Below the pieces are notes generated by a model that saw only the letters and a program-made list of their open reading frames with translations, ran no database searches and had not been told where the DNA came from. Positions 1-9,856 of a stretch of 48,306 nt of DNA are shown here, one piece after another. Location of the stretch: NCBI GenBank assembly GCA_016939415.1, contig JAFGGZ010000054.1:1-48306 (forward strand), given 5' to 3'. This DNA comes from Candidatus Iainarchaeum sp. (GTDB lineage Archaea; B1Sed10-29; WALL01). Position 1 is the stretch's first letter; each line of letters starts with the position of its first letter. A program made the translations under genes and the position numbers.

Positions 1-268
1 AGTCCTGTTCATAGCGTTCGCCAGCAAGCTCGTGGGGTGCGGAGTGCCGACACTCCTGAAACTCCCAGTGAGAAAAGCGCTGGTGGTCGGGGCTGGCATG
101 GTGCCGCGCATAGAGATCGCGCTAGTCATCATGGGCACGGCGCTGGCAGCGGGACGGGTCGGCCAGGACGCGTACAGCGCGTTCATCGTCGTCGCCATCG
201 CCACAGTATTCCTCACACCGTGGATCATCAACATGCTGTACGAAGGCAAGAAGAGAAAACGGTTGTGA
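1..268 (+). CDS. Cation:proton antiporter (CPA2/KefB-like), C-terminal fragment truncated by the window edge
   Basis: Hydrophobic helices with the GMVPRxEIALVI motif typical of CPA2; similar to LLPRGDINLVI in the antiporter at 3877-5049. Confidence 0.8.
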   Translation, partial: VLFIAFASKLVGCGVPTLLKLPVRKALVVGAGMVPRIEIALVIMGTALAAGRVGQDAYSAFIVVAIATVFLTPWIINMLYEGKKRKRL

Positions 269-461
269 CACGAAGACAGTAAACATTATTACTCCGGAGG
301 GGGGAGTGTTTTGAAACGTGCTTACTGAAGAAGCCCAAAAAAAAAATGTTTTGACGAAAAAGCGCTTGAGTACGACGACACAGGCAAAGAAACATTGCGG
401 ATAGTGCTCAGACAGCACGACTCGTTCAGAAAGTCCCTGAAAGGATAAGCCTTTCCCTGCC

Positions 462-1325
462 TCACGCCATAACGCCCAAGGCATACGAAGCCGCCTGGCT
501 CGCGCGCATGGGCTCGCTGCTCTTCGGCCCGAGGCGCACAACTGCTTTGCACGCCTTCTGCGTGGACAAGCGCAGGCCACGCTCCTCGTTACCGAACACC
601 AGCGCCACCGGCCCTGAAAGCTTCTTCAAGCACGACTCATCCTCCTTCCCCCACAACGAAAAAGCGATGGCATCCATATCGCCGACAGCCTGCTCGGTGG
701 TGCGGAACACCTGCACGCTCATCTTCTCATGACCCTTAACAATGCCCTTCGCTTCCTGCACAGCGTGGAGGGATCGGATGTCGCCGCCGGTACTCACACG
801 CACTTCCAAACCGAAGCATATGCCCAATCGCAGGAAGTCAGCGACCTCGAACGCAGTCTTCGGCGACTCGAGCACCAGCACGACTGAGGGACGCGCCACT
901 GACTGCGGCGCGGAAAACGTGCCAACACGCACGAGAACCGAGTCACCTGTCTTCTTCGCCTCCAGATACAAGACATTATCCTCGTTCTCAACCACCTTCT
1001 TCTTCCTCAACCGCTCCCGGATGGCCCGCAAGTGGAACGGCACGTCACCGATGAAGTTCGCCTTCACAACAAAGCCTTCGGCCGGGCCCACGCGCTTCAG
1101 CACGCTCACGACATCAGAAAGCGTTCTCGTCTTCTCCTCAGCGATGATGGGTATGGCTGCGTTCACGCCGTCCACGCGCTCATTGAACTCGCCTTCGACG
1201 AGCAGCCTGCGCACGGGCACAAGCGAGTCGCTGCGCACCCTGAAGCCTTTCCGCACAAGCTCCTGCACCAGTTGCTTCTGCTCGTCAGAGTCGATGAATC
1301 GCGAGAGCTTGAGAAGGGTCTGCAT
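462..1325 (-). CDS. SpoU/TrmH-family RNA methyltransferase with an N-terminal RNA-binding-like region
   Basis: C-terminal LVFGNEERGL and PMRASQAAS SPOUT motifs; 287 aa. Confidence 0.75.
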   Translation of the reverse strand: MQTLLKLSRFIDSDEQKQLVQELVRKGFRVRSDSLVPVRRLLVEGEFNERVDGVNAAIPIIAEEKTRTLSDVVSVLKRVGPAEGFVVKANFIGDVPFHLRAIRERLRKKKVVENEDNVLYLEAKKTGDSVLVRVGTFSAPQSVARPSVVLVLESPKTAFEVADFLRLGICFGLEVRVSTGGDIRSLHAVQEAKGIVKGHEKMSVQVFRTTEQAVGDMDAIAFSLWGKEDESCLKKLSGPVALVFGNEERGLRLSTQKACKAVVRLGPKSSEPMRASQAASYALGVMA

Positions 1326-1381
1326 GACAGTGTTTACTGCCGCAGGGTTTAAATGAGTTTCATAAAAAGAAAGATGGGGGG

Positions 1382-1596
1382 TTAGAGTGCTCTCACCAGC
1401 ATCCCTGCGAACAAGCCGAACTGCAGGAACACAAAGTGGAAAGCCACTGACTCGCTCAGGACACCAAGCAGGATCGTCACCCCGGCAAGGTATTCCGGCA
1501 CTGTCTTCAGGCAGGCCCCCACCATGAATCCTGCCACGAAGAGCCAGAACCCTGTTGAACTGGCCCAGAGGGCCACCACCGGAAAAATGGGTCCAT
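1382..1596 (-). other. Probable small membrane protein; the ATG downstream of the RBS is out of frame with the hydrophobic ORF (frameshift or pseudogene)
   Basis: GGGGTGG-tata-ATG at 1596 reads MDPFF and stops after 29 aa; the -1 frame reads PVVALW...FGLFAGMLVRAL to the stop at 1382. Confidence 0.35.
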
Positions 1597-1873
1597 TATA
1601 CCACCCCCCGACTCGCTTCCCAGTGCAAGACCGACTTTTTGCGACCGGGGAGACGACCCCTCTGCCGAGGCCTCTTTTTCCCCGGCCGCTACCGCGCTGC
1701 CAGCGCAGCCACACGCCCCACTGCCCAGCCAAGACACGCTAGGCGCACGTAATATTATGTGTATGCTAAAACATATAGTCATACGGTGAATTATAATACA
1801 AATAGTAATCTTCACATAAAACGAATAGTACAAAAAGTAAGATATTAATACCAGAAAATGCATAAACATAGAC

Positions 1874-2347
1874 ATGTTGACCATGACAGAGATGAAGGTG
1901 CTGAAAAGCATCGTGAGTGGCGCGCGCAAGAGCATCGCCGACATCGCGAGAGAGACGAAGCTTACGCGGCAGACAGTGTACAGGACACTCAAAAACCTTG
2001 AGGCAGATGGCACGATACAGGAATTCACGACAACGGTCAGGCCATCAAGGCTCAACCTCGAACTCAAGTGCTACATGCTGATCCACACATCGGCGCAAGG
2101 CGACTACACCGAACTCGAGGCAGCGGTCGCAAGCATCCCCGAAGTCTCGCAGATGCACTACATCCTGGGCAGGTACGACGTCATCATAGAGGCATGCCTC
2201 AGGAACAAGAACGAGCTGAGGTCGCTCATACAGAAGATAGAGAAAGTCAAGCAGGTCGAGAAGTCAGAGACCTTCCTCGTCGTGGACACCATGAAGTACA
2301 AGCCGAACGACCCCGCGCTCTTCGTGCTTGACAAGGAATTACAGTAG
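1874..2347 (+). CDS. Lrp/AsnC family transcriptional regulator
   Basis: N-terminal HTH (SIADIARETKLTRQTVYRTLKNLE) and C-terminal RAM domain with GRYD; TATA-like TATTAATA about 25-30 nt upstream. Confidence 0.92.
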   Translation: MLTMTEMKVLKSIVSGARKSIADIARETKLTRQTVYRTLKNLEADGTIQEFTTTVRPSRLNLELKCYMLIHTSAQGDYTELEAAVASIPEVSQMHYILGRYDVIIEACLRNKNELRSLIQKIEKVKQVEKSETFLVVDTMKYKPNDPALFVLDKELQ

Positions 2348-3439
2348 GCGAGCCCTGCGCACGAACGGAATGGAAAGCAAGTAGGCAATGCCACCGACAG
2401 CGACTGCAAGCCGTGGGGTCCCCAGCAAGGCCAGCACAACAAGCGTGCCCAACACGCGGCCCGCATTCAAGGAGATCTCCCTCGCTACCATGCCATCAGT
2501 CAGATCCTCGGACGCGTCCGCAACAACCGTGAAAAGCATTGGGTCAGCAAGCTTCATGAAAAAAGACGCCACACCCATGAACACGACCCACGAAACCCAT
2601 GAACCTGAAACCCCTGCAAAAAGAAGGATGGCAGCAGTCACAAGCACCACGGGGTACGTGTATCGCTTGTGATCGAACTTTATGTCAGACATCTTCCCTA
2701 TGAATAGCGAGGCCGCAGCAGCAACCAACCCAAGATAAGAGAAGAACAACCCGAATCCGAACACGTCGCCGACAAGCGAGATCGTGACGAGGGGCACAGC
2801 CAGGCTCCACGCGCCCACGACCACCCCCTCGCACAAGGACACGCCATTAGCCCAACCCATCGCACGAAGACCTTTAAACGGCCTGAACGCGAGCGTCTTG
2901 CTGTCCCAGAAGCGGAGGATGAACACAGCCGACATGAAGAGGATGACAGCCCCCAGAACGAACAGCGGCGCATAACCGAAGCTAACGGCAATCCAGCCGC
3001 CGACGCCGGGCAGGAACACGCCCGCGATAACCCACGGGAAGTAGTACAACGAATTGAGGAACGCGCGATCGCCCTTGCTCGTCCTAAGCTCATACAACGA
3101 ATTGAACGGCACCCAATACTCGACCATGAGGACAGCGAACAGGACAGCCACTACATACGCTACAGGGGCGCTGAAGAACCACGCGAGGAGCAAGAAAGAC
3201 AACGCCCTCGCAAGAAGGCCGATAGACATGTGAGTCCTGGAGCTGACGCTGCGCGGCACAAGAATAAGCAGAATCGCCGAACTCCACCCAACGAGGAAGA
3301 ACACGCAAAGCTCGAAAGGCGTGAACCCGCCGGCAATCAGGAGGGGGACGATGAACACCCAAGCAAGGCTACTGGCGATAGCGTTCATCACATTGACTGC
3401 GGAAAACTTCCAGAACTCGCCATCCATCAACTCACTCAA
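2339..3439 (-). CDS. MFS transporter
   Basis: 366 aa, about 12 TM helices, GKMSD loop motif; overlaps the CBS gene. Confidence 0.75.
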   Translation of the reverse strand: MSELMDGEFWKFSAVNVMNAIASSLAWVFIVPLLIAGGFTPFELCVFFLVGWSSAILLILVPRSVSSRTHMSIGLLARALSFLLLAWFFSAPVAYVVAVLFAVLMVEYWVPFNSLYELRTSKGDRAFLNSLYYFPWVIAGVFLPGVGGWIAVSFGYAPLFVLGAVILFMSAVFILRFWDSKTLAFRPFKGLRAMGWANGVSLCEGVVVGAWSLAVPLVTISLVGDVFGFGLFFSYLGLVAAAASLFIGKMSDIKFDHKRYTYPVVLVTAAILLFAGVSGSWVSWVVFMGVASFFMKLADPMLFTVVADASEDLTDGMVAREISLNAGRVLGTLVVLALLGTPRLAVAVGGIAYLLSIPFVRRARLL

Positions 3440-3875
3440 ACTCTTCCTCGATCTTCTCGATGATACGCTCGACAGTGATGAATCCCTTTATCCTACCCTT
3501 ATCCACCACGGGCATGGTCGTCACGCCATTATTCAGCATGACGGACGCAGCCTCCTCAACGCTCTGGTCCGGAGACAGGGAACGCCTGTGCCTGCGCATC
3601 AAGCCCTTCACATTCTCTGCGAAGTACTGCACGTCCACTCCGAACAAGCCCTGCAGCTTCATGCGCTTCGGGTCAACGAACAGCTTTATGAAGTCGCGCT
3701 CGTCCACCTCGCCCACGAAATGCCCGCGCGCATCCACTACCGGGATGCTGAATATGTACTTCTTCTTCAGGAGCTGCGCAACCCTCGAGAGCGGCTCCGA
3801 CTCCCTCACAGTCGGCATGTCCTGTATCATGATGTCCGAGACCTTCATCCTCTTAAGCTTATCAGCAACATCCAA
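3432..3875 (-). CDS. CBS-domain pair protein
   Basis: KVSDIM, IPVVD..G..VG and MPVVD.G..KG motifs. Confidence 0.92.
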   Translation of the reverse strand: MDVADKLKRMKVSDIMIQDMPTVRESEPLSRVAQLLKKKYIFSIPVVDARGHFVGEVDERDFIKLFVDPKRMKLQGLFGVDVQYFAENVKGLMRRHRRSLSPDQSVEEAASVMLNNGVTTMPVVDKGRIKGFITVERIIEKIEEEFE

Positions 3876-3876
3876 T

Positions 3877-5049
3877 TCAAACCGCCTCCTTCTTTTTGAT
3901 CAATAACCTGAGCATGATCGGCGTGGCGACAGCAGCCACGAGTATCAACAGCATTGCCGACGAATAGATCAACTGCCCTAACTCAGGGGGTACGATAGAC
4001 TCGCCGTGAATGTTCACCATAGTCAACCCGATTGTGGCGATGACCAGGTTTATGTCACCGCGCGGCAGGAGCGTGATGGCCATGAGAATGCTGTCCTCGT
4101 CAGGCATGCTGCACAACCTGCCAGCAGCATACGCGCCAATCGCGTTGGCTATCAATGCAACAGCAACCATCACGAAACTCAGCAGCGTCAAGTACTCCAG
4201 GTTCAGCAACAACCCCGTCCACACGAAGAACAACGGGATAAAAATCGCGTACGAAGCACTCGACAGCTTCTGGATGAACTCCGTGCGACCGATCTGGGAA
4301 CGCGACAGTATGACGCCCGCGAGGAACGCGCCGACAATGCCATCAAGACCGAAATGCTCCGCAACAAGCGCCAGCAGGATCATGAAGATGAACGCGAAAC
4401 TGAAATGCGCCTCCTCAACAGTCAACGAGTCCAAACGATCCACCAGCCAAGGAACTGCACGCTGCATTATGACGAAGAAAACAAGGAAAATACCCACAGA
4501 AACCAGCACATTCACCATGGGAAACACGTCAATGCCGCCAATCGAGAGGTACGTCATGATCGCAGTGAATATGATCAGCCCCACAACCCCATCAGCCACA
4601 GTCACCCCCAAAATCACCCTGCCAGCACGGGAAGCCATCCTCCCAGTGCTCGCCAGGCTCTTCAGAGTAATGCCGGAGTCAGTGGCAGAGAACACCAACG
4701 CGAAGAACAGCAGCGTGTTGAAGTCAAACCCCGCAAGCAAACCAACAACCATCACGCCGATGTACGGAAGGATGAAACCGAGAAAAGAAACGAGCGCAAT
4801 AGCCTTCTTGTTCTGCAACAGCTGCTGAATGTCACCCTGCGTGAAGCCGGTGATGAACAGGAGGAGGATGATGCCCAACTGCGCGAAGATATGGATCTCT
4901 TCCGCAGCAGTGATGTTAAGCACCATCGGCCCGGCAATCACGCCGGCAATGATGTAACCGAGAAGGCTGGGAAAGTTGATGCGCTCGCACAACTCACCCA
5001 ACACCTTCGCCGCAATCAACAGCACGATGAGGTTTATTATGAAGTCCAA
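3877..5049 (-). CDS. Cation:proton antiporter (CPA2)
   Basis: GYIIAGVIAGP, SATDSG, GAFLAG and LLPRG motifs; TTG start at 5049 directly after the ATPase stop, with GGAGG upstream. Confidence 0.9.
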   Translation of the reverse strand: MDFIINLIVLLIAAKVLGELCERINFPSLLGYIIAGVIAGPMVLNITAAEEIHIFAQLGIILLLFITGFTQGDIQQLLQNKKAIALVSFLGFILPYIGVMVVGLLAGFDFNTLLFFALVFSATDSGITLKSLASTGRMASRAGRVILGVTVADGVVGLIIFTAIMTYLSIGGIDVFPMVNVLVSVGIFLVFFVIMQRAVPWLVDRLDSLTVEEAHFSFAFIFMILLALVAEHFGLDGIVGAFLAGVILSRSQIGRTEFIQKLSSASYAIFIPLFFVWTGLLLNLEYLTLLSFVMVAVALIANAIGAYAAGRLCSMPDEDSILMAITLLPRGDINLVIATIGLTMVNIHGESIVPPELGQLIYSSAMLLILVAAVATPIMLRLLIKKKEAV

Positions 5050-5050
5050 T

Positions 5051-7666
5051 TCACTTCCTCCACGCATGCCCCAAGAACGGCAACAGACCAGCTGAAGACA
5101 ACGCGAACAGCACAGCCAAGTCCACCAGACCCAGCGCACTAGTGCCGAACAAGGACTGGAGCACCGGGACGTAGATCACAGCGGCCTGAAGCACTAACGA
5201 TAACACGACAGCCCCCAATAAATACTTATTGCTTGTCAATCCGCCGCGAAGCAGCGAGTTGCCAGCACTCCTGCAATTGAAAACGAAGAACATCTCGAAG
5301 AGGATAGTCGCAGAGAACGCCAGCGTCCTGGCCCGCGTCACGACGTCCGGAGAGAAAGACGAGAAATCCACGGCAAACCCTAAACCGTACCAGAAGGCGA
5401 GCAGCGTAACAGCCGAAGCGATCAGGCTGGCAGGCAAAAGCGTCGGCATAACCTCGGACAGCACACCCTTGCTGACGGGCCGGGGCTTGCGCTTCATCAC
5501 CTCAGAACCAGCCGAGTCAACGCCCAACGCCAGCGCAGGGAACCCATCCGTGACAAGATTCACCCAAAGGATCTGCAGCGGAAGGAACGGCAGCGGCAGG
5601 CCGGCAATAGCAGCAAAGCCAACCACGATGATCTCATCGAAATTGGACGACAACAGGTATTTGATGAAGTTGAGCACGTTGTCGAATATCTTGCGGCCCT
5701 CCTCCACAGCAGACACGATGGTGGCGAAGTTATCGTCCCGCAGCACCATGTCGCTAGCCTCACGCGCCACATCAGTACCAACCACGCCCATGGACACGCC
5801 GATATCAGCCGCGCGAAGCGCTGGAGCGTCATTCACTCCGTCACCAGTCACCGCAACCACGTTGCCCATAGCCTTCAATGCATTGACTATGCGGTGCTTA
5901 TGCTCGGGAGACACGCGAGCGAATATGCGCACGCTGCGCAGTGCGTGCCGCAACTGCTGATCGTTCATCGCATCCACATCAGAACCGACGAGCAGCTCAT
6001 CGCCCTCGGAGAACAACCCGACTTCCTCAGCCACAGCCCTCGCGGTGAGAGGGTTATCGCCAGTCACCACCTTAACATCAATCCCTGCCTCGAAGCATTT
6101 CTGTATGGCCTCACGCACCTCCAGCCTGGCGGGATCCCGCATGCCCACCAAGCCAACGAGCACCAAGTCATCCTCTTTCAGCGCATGACCCCCAGCATCC
6201 TTGTACGCGACAGCAAGCACGCGCAGAGCCTGTGACGCGAACCCGCTGTTCTTCTCCAGAAGAGCATCCTTGCCAGCCTTGGTGAGGCGCTTCACCACCC
6301 CATCCTCGAGCACGCGCGAGCACCGCTCCAGCACGACTTCCGGCGCGCCTTTCGTGAAAACGCGCAGTCCCTCGGGAGTGCGCACCAGAACGCTCATCAT
6401 CTTGCGCTTGGAATCGAACGGCACTTCATCCACGCGCTCGTAATGCGGGAAGATGCCGGCCTTCTTCGCCGCCATCAAAAGCGCGCCTTCTGTTGGGTCG
6501 CCTATGACTCCCGCTTCAGAGAGCACGGCATCGTTGCACGACACGAAAGCCTCGTACATCAAAGACGTTCCGCCGCTGGAAGGCAGCTCCCTACCATCGA
6601 GGAACAGCTTGATGACGGTCATGCGGTTCTCAGTGAGTGTGCCAGTCTTATCCGAGCATATAACAGTCGTGGAGCCAAGCGTCTCCACTGAAGAAAGCTT
6701 GCGGACGACTGCATTGCGTTTTGCCATGCGCTGCACACCCAGCGCGAGCGTGATGGTGACGACAGCCGGAAGGCCTTCAGGGATCGCGGAGACCGCGAGG
6801 CTTACCGCGACAAGGAACAAGGATATAAACTCAGGAGTCTGCCAGAAATCAGGCGCGGCCAGCACTGAAGGCGAGCTCACAAGCTCCAGCGCGAACAACG
6901 CCGCGATTATCACGACGATGATGAACCCCAACTTCTTGCTTATCTCGCGCAAGCGGATCTGCATAGGCGTTTCCTCGTCTTCAACAGCCTGAACCAGCCT
7001 CGCGACCTTGCCTATCTCTGTGCTCATGCCAGTCGAAGTGACGATGGCTTTCCCGCGGCCGCGCACAACCAGCGTGTTCATGAAAGCCATGCAAAGCTGC
7101 TCGTGAATCGCCGCCCCTTCAGCTGATGGCTCAACACTCTTGCTTTTGGGAAGGCTTTCGCCTGTGAGAGCAGACTCGTCGGCGTACAGGTTGATCTCTT
7201 CAAGCGTGCGGCAGTCTGCTGGCACGCGCTCTCCGACAGACAGGATGATTACGTCGCCGGGTACGAGCCCCCTCGCTGGAATGACCTGCTCCTTACCATC
7301 CCTGATGACGGTAGCGTGCGGCGCCGCCATCCCCTTCAAGGCTTCAATAGCTTTCTCAGCGCGGTACTCCTGCCAAGCGCCGAAGAATGCATTGAACAAG
7401 ACGATGACGAGTATCATGACCGCGTCAGCGACCTCGCCTACAGACGCGGATATGAGCGCGGCCATGAGAAGGATGTACACCATGAGGCTCTTGAACTGGC
7501 GGAAGAAGATAGCGAGCACAGTGGGCCTGCCGAACTCCTCGAGCTCGTTCGGTCCGTACTCCCCAAAGCGCTTCTCCACCTCAACCGATGAGAGGCCGCG
7601 CTTGGAGGATTTCAGGGCCTTGAGTACCGTGCGCACGTCCTGGGAGTGAGGATTCATCATCAGCAA
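5051..7666 (-). CDS. P-type IIA cation-transporting ATPase (Ca2+-type)
   Basis: TGES, PEGL, DKTGTLT, KGAPE, GDGVND and M6 ILWVNLVTDG motifs. Confidence 0.95.
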   Translation of the reverse strand: MLMMNPHSQDVRTVLKALKSSKRGLSSVEVEKRFGEYGPNELEEFGRPTVLAIFFRQFKSLMVYILLMAALISASVGEVADAVMILVIVLFNAFFGAWQEYRAEKAIEALKGMAAPHATVIRDGKEQVIPARGLVPGDVIILSVGERVPADCRTLEEINLYADESALTGESLPKSKSVEPSAEGAAIHEQLCMAFMNTLVVRGRGKAIVTSTGMSTEIGKVARLVQAVEDEETPMQIRLREISKKLGFIIVVIIAALFALELVSSPSVLAAPDFWQTPEFISLFLVAVSLAVSAIPEGLPAVVTITLALGVQRMAKRNAVVRKLSSVETLGSTTVICSDKTGTLTENRMTVIKLFLDGRELPSSGGTSLMYEAFVSCNDAVLSEAGVIGDPTEGALLMAAKKAGIFPHYERVDEVPFDSKRKMMSVLVRTPEGLRVFTKGAPEVVLERCSRVLEDGVVKRLTKAGKDALLEKNSGFASQALRVLAVAYKDAGGHALKEDDLVLVGLVGMRDPARLEVREAIQKCFEAGIDVKVVTGDNPLTARAVAEEVGLFSEGDELLVGSDVDAMNDQQLRHALRSVRIFARVSPEHKHRIVNALKAMGNVVAVTGDGVNDAPALRAADIGVSMGVVGTDVAREASDMVLRDDNFATIVSAVEEGRKIFDNVLNFIKYLLSSNFDEIIVVGFAAIAGLPLPFLPLQILWVNLVTDGFPALALGVDSAGSEVMKRKPRPVSKGVLSEVMPTLLPASLIASAVTLLAFWYGLGFAVDFSSFSPDVVTRARTLAFSATILFEMFFVFNCRSAGNSLLRGGLTSNKYLLGAVVLSLVLQAAVIYVPVLQSLFGTSALGLVDLAVLFALSSAGLLPFLGHAWRK

Positions 7667-7684
7667 GCCATACGCGAATGCTGT

Positions 7685-7894
7685 TTATAAACATTGGTCG
7701 GGGAAGAGCGTGGAGCTCAAGGCATCGAAGTCCTGCTCCGAGATGCGTTTCATGACAAACCCCATGCCGACCACGACAAAGTCGCCTGCACCAACATCCA
7801 CCATGGATTCAAGGCGCCGGGGAACTCCATTGACATCAACGACGACGGTCTTACCCTCAACACCAACGACCTTGCCAGGAACACTCAAGCACAT
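7685..7894 (-). CDS. HypC/HupF-like chaperone (atypical, lacks the conserved His)
   Basis: MCLSVPGKVV N-terminus and GDFVVVGMG; ATG overlaps the upstream stop (TGATG). Confidence 0.8.
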   Translation of the reverse strand: MCLSVPGKVVGVEGKTVVVDVNGVPRRLESMVDVGAGDFVVVGMGFVMKRISEQDFDALSSTLFPDQCL

Positions 7895-8361
7895 CAGGGG
7901 ACACGCTCCACAGCCTTCGTATAATGGATGCGAAGCTTGTCTCCCCTCTTCGCTTCGGGCACAGTCCACTTGCTGACGCGGACCCGGCCTACAGGGCCTT
8001 CAACAGTGTACTCAGCGTGATGAACATCAACGATCGTCACCGTGTGGCAAACGCACTCGCGCGGGTCAAGATCCGGCTGGACTTCCATCTGCCGGCGGAC
8101 ATGGTCTGCATGCGATTTCGAGAAGTAGCTGCGAATCACATCCGAATCAATGTGCGGCTTGCCAAGGTTGCGCGCCTCAAGCTCAAGCATCTTGAGCGCA
8201 ACAGGGAACAGGTTCTCCACACGAGAGGAGATATCCCCCCGCTCCAGGAACTCTCGCTCTATGCTTCCCTGTTCTGATGCAGACAACTCCCCCCTGCGCA
8301 CGCGCGCTGCTAAGCAGGGAATGGCATAACTCAAGAACAGTTTCCGGTCCCGTATCTCCAT
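7894..8361 (-). CDS. DUF6390-like protein (hydrogenase-cluster-associated family)
   Basis: LF..YA.P N-terminus, D..VI..Y, and C-terminal GD...IHY..AVE resemble DUF6390; coupled to the HypC-like gene. Confidence 0.55.
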   Translation of the reverse strand: MEIRDRKLFLSYAIPCLAARVRRGELSASEQGSIEREFLERGDISSRVENLFPVALKMLELEARNLGKPHIDSDVIRSYFSKSHADHVRRQMEVQPDLDPRECVCHTVTIVDVHHAEYTVEGPVGRVRVSKWTVPEAKRGDKLRIHYTKAVERVP

Positions 8362-8393
8362 AACTGTAGTGTAGGCACCAGGATTAATAAAAC

Positions 8394-8645
8394 CTACTGG
8401 GGCGGCGCCTCACCCTCTTCAGGCTTGCCGGTCGTGATGTCAATCACGCGCTGCTGTCCATCGGGAGTGCTGTAAATCACGTGCACGACACCGAACGCTT
8501 TCCCGGAATCAGTCAAAGCCTGCAACTGCGCGAGGACAGCAGTGTCCTTCACGCTGATACCACCCTCAAAAATGATTTCCGCAACCTTGAAATCGTTGTC
8601 CTTGAGCATCTTGTACGTCGTCCTGACCTCGTCTTCCATAGTCAT
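8394..8645 (-). CDS. Hypothetical small acidic protein
   Basis: Clean ORF (MTMEDEVRTTY...) co-oriented between coaBC and the DUF6390-like gene. Confidence 0.65.
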   Translation of the reverse strand: MTMEDEVRTTYKMLKDNDFKVAEIIFEGGISVKDTAVLAQLQALTDSGKAFGVVHVIYSTPDGQQRVIDITTGKPEEGEAPPQ

Positions 8646-8680
8646 CCGCAACACCCCTGAAGGCATTAAACACACGAAGT

Positions 8681-9856
8681 TTATAAAGCTTTTGCGATCG
8701 CATCCAGCACAAACGAAGCCACATCCGATTTCGAACCGGAAAACTCGCTAATGCCCTCGCGGCACACTATCCACACGTGATTATCCACACTCCCCACCGC
8801 AGACAAGTCATTCGCAACAACGAGATCCAGGTTATCCTCAACCAACTTCTTCCTCGCCTCGCCGACCACGTCATCCTTCTCAAGCTTGAACGCGACCACC
8901 AACTTTCCGGGATACCTCTCCTTCGCAAGACGAACAAGCTTCTCAGAGCGAACAAAAGAGACAGGCAACGGCCCAGACGAGTCCACCTTCCCCTCACGCG
9001 GATTGGCAACAGAATAATCAGCGATTGCCGCAGCAGAGATCAGCGCATCAGCCCCCTCCAAAGCCTTCAGCGAGGCGCAGATCATCTCCTTCGCAGACTC
9101 CACGCGCATCACGTCCCCAACAGGCGCCGCAGTGCCAGGCCCGTACACAAGCGTCACCTCTGCGCCTCGGCGCAGCGCCTCACGCGCCAGCTCAACGCCC
9201 ATCCTGCCCGAACTCATGTTGGTAACGCCGCGCACCGCGTCAATGCGCTCGAATGTGGGGCCGGCAGTGATGACAAGCCGCTTTCCCTCCAGGGTCTTGG
9301 GGGTGAGTGCTGAAATGACTGTATCCACGACCTCATCCGTCTCCGCGACCTTGGCCTTACTCTCCTCCAAACGCGGCGAAAGCACGACAACGCCATGCTC
9401 CCTCAGCTTCTGCAAGTTCTCTGAAACGAAGGGATGCGCGTACATCGAGCCATGCATCGCAGGCACTACCACGACGGGAACGCCGTTGCCTAACGCGCAA
9501 GACACTGCGGACGTGACCGGCGTGTCATCAATGCCGCACGCCACTTTACTGATTGTGTTCGCAGTCGCAGGACACACGAGCACCACGTCAGCATACGCTG
9601 CGCGAACATGCTCCACCTTCCCGGTGAGCCTTGTCACGACCTCTCTCTCGCACGCCCACTCCATCACATCCTCCGTGATGATGCCCAACGCGCCATCACT
9701 CATGAACGGGTACACTCCAGCGCCGTGCCTGCGCAGCTCCCTCGCGATCTCGGGAGCACGCACAGCGGCAACGCTGCCCGTCACGCACAACACGACCTTC
9801 CTGCCCTTCAAGCGCCCGCTCTTAACGCAATCAATCAACGGAATGGGTATCATCAA
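8681..9856 (-). CDS. coaBC: Bifunctional phosphopantothenoylcysteine decarboxylase/synthetase
   Basis: VTGSVAA, PATANTI, PAMHGSM, TAGPT.E.ID.VR, N.SSG.MG and AAIADY motifs. Confidence 0.96.
   Translation of the reverse strand: MMIPIPLIDCVKSGRLKGRKVVLCVTGSVAAVRAPEIARELRRHGAGVYPFMSDGALGIITEDVMEWACEREVVTRLTGKVEHVRAAYADVVLVCPATANTISKVACGIDDTPVTSAVSCALGNGVPVVVVPAMHGSMYAHPFVSENLQKLREHGVVVLSPRLEESKAKVAETDEVVDTVISALTPKTLEGKRLVITAGPTFERIDAVRGVTNMSSGRMGVELAREALRRGAEVTLVYGPGTAAPVGDVMRVESAKEMICASLKALEGADALISAAAIADYSVANPREGKVDSSGPLPVSFVRSEKLVRLAKERYPGKLVVAFKLEKDDVVGEARKKLVEDNLDLVVANDLSAVGSVDNHVWIVCREGISEFSGSKSDVASFVLDAIAKAL

Noticed and set aside
270..450. Hairpin and A10 run followed by a short startless frame (CFDEKALEYDD...)
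   Set aside because: No consistent start or recognisable homology; a frameshifted gene here is too speculative
1610..1635. GCACTGGGAAGC resembling part of a cobalamin riboswitch
   Set aside because: No B12 box or other core elements are visible
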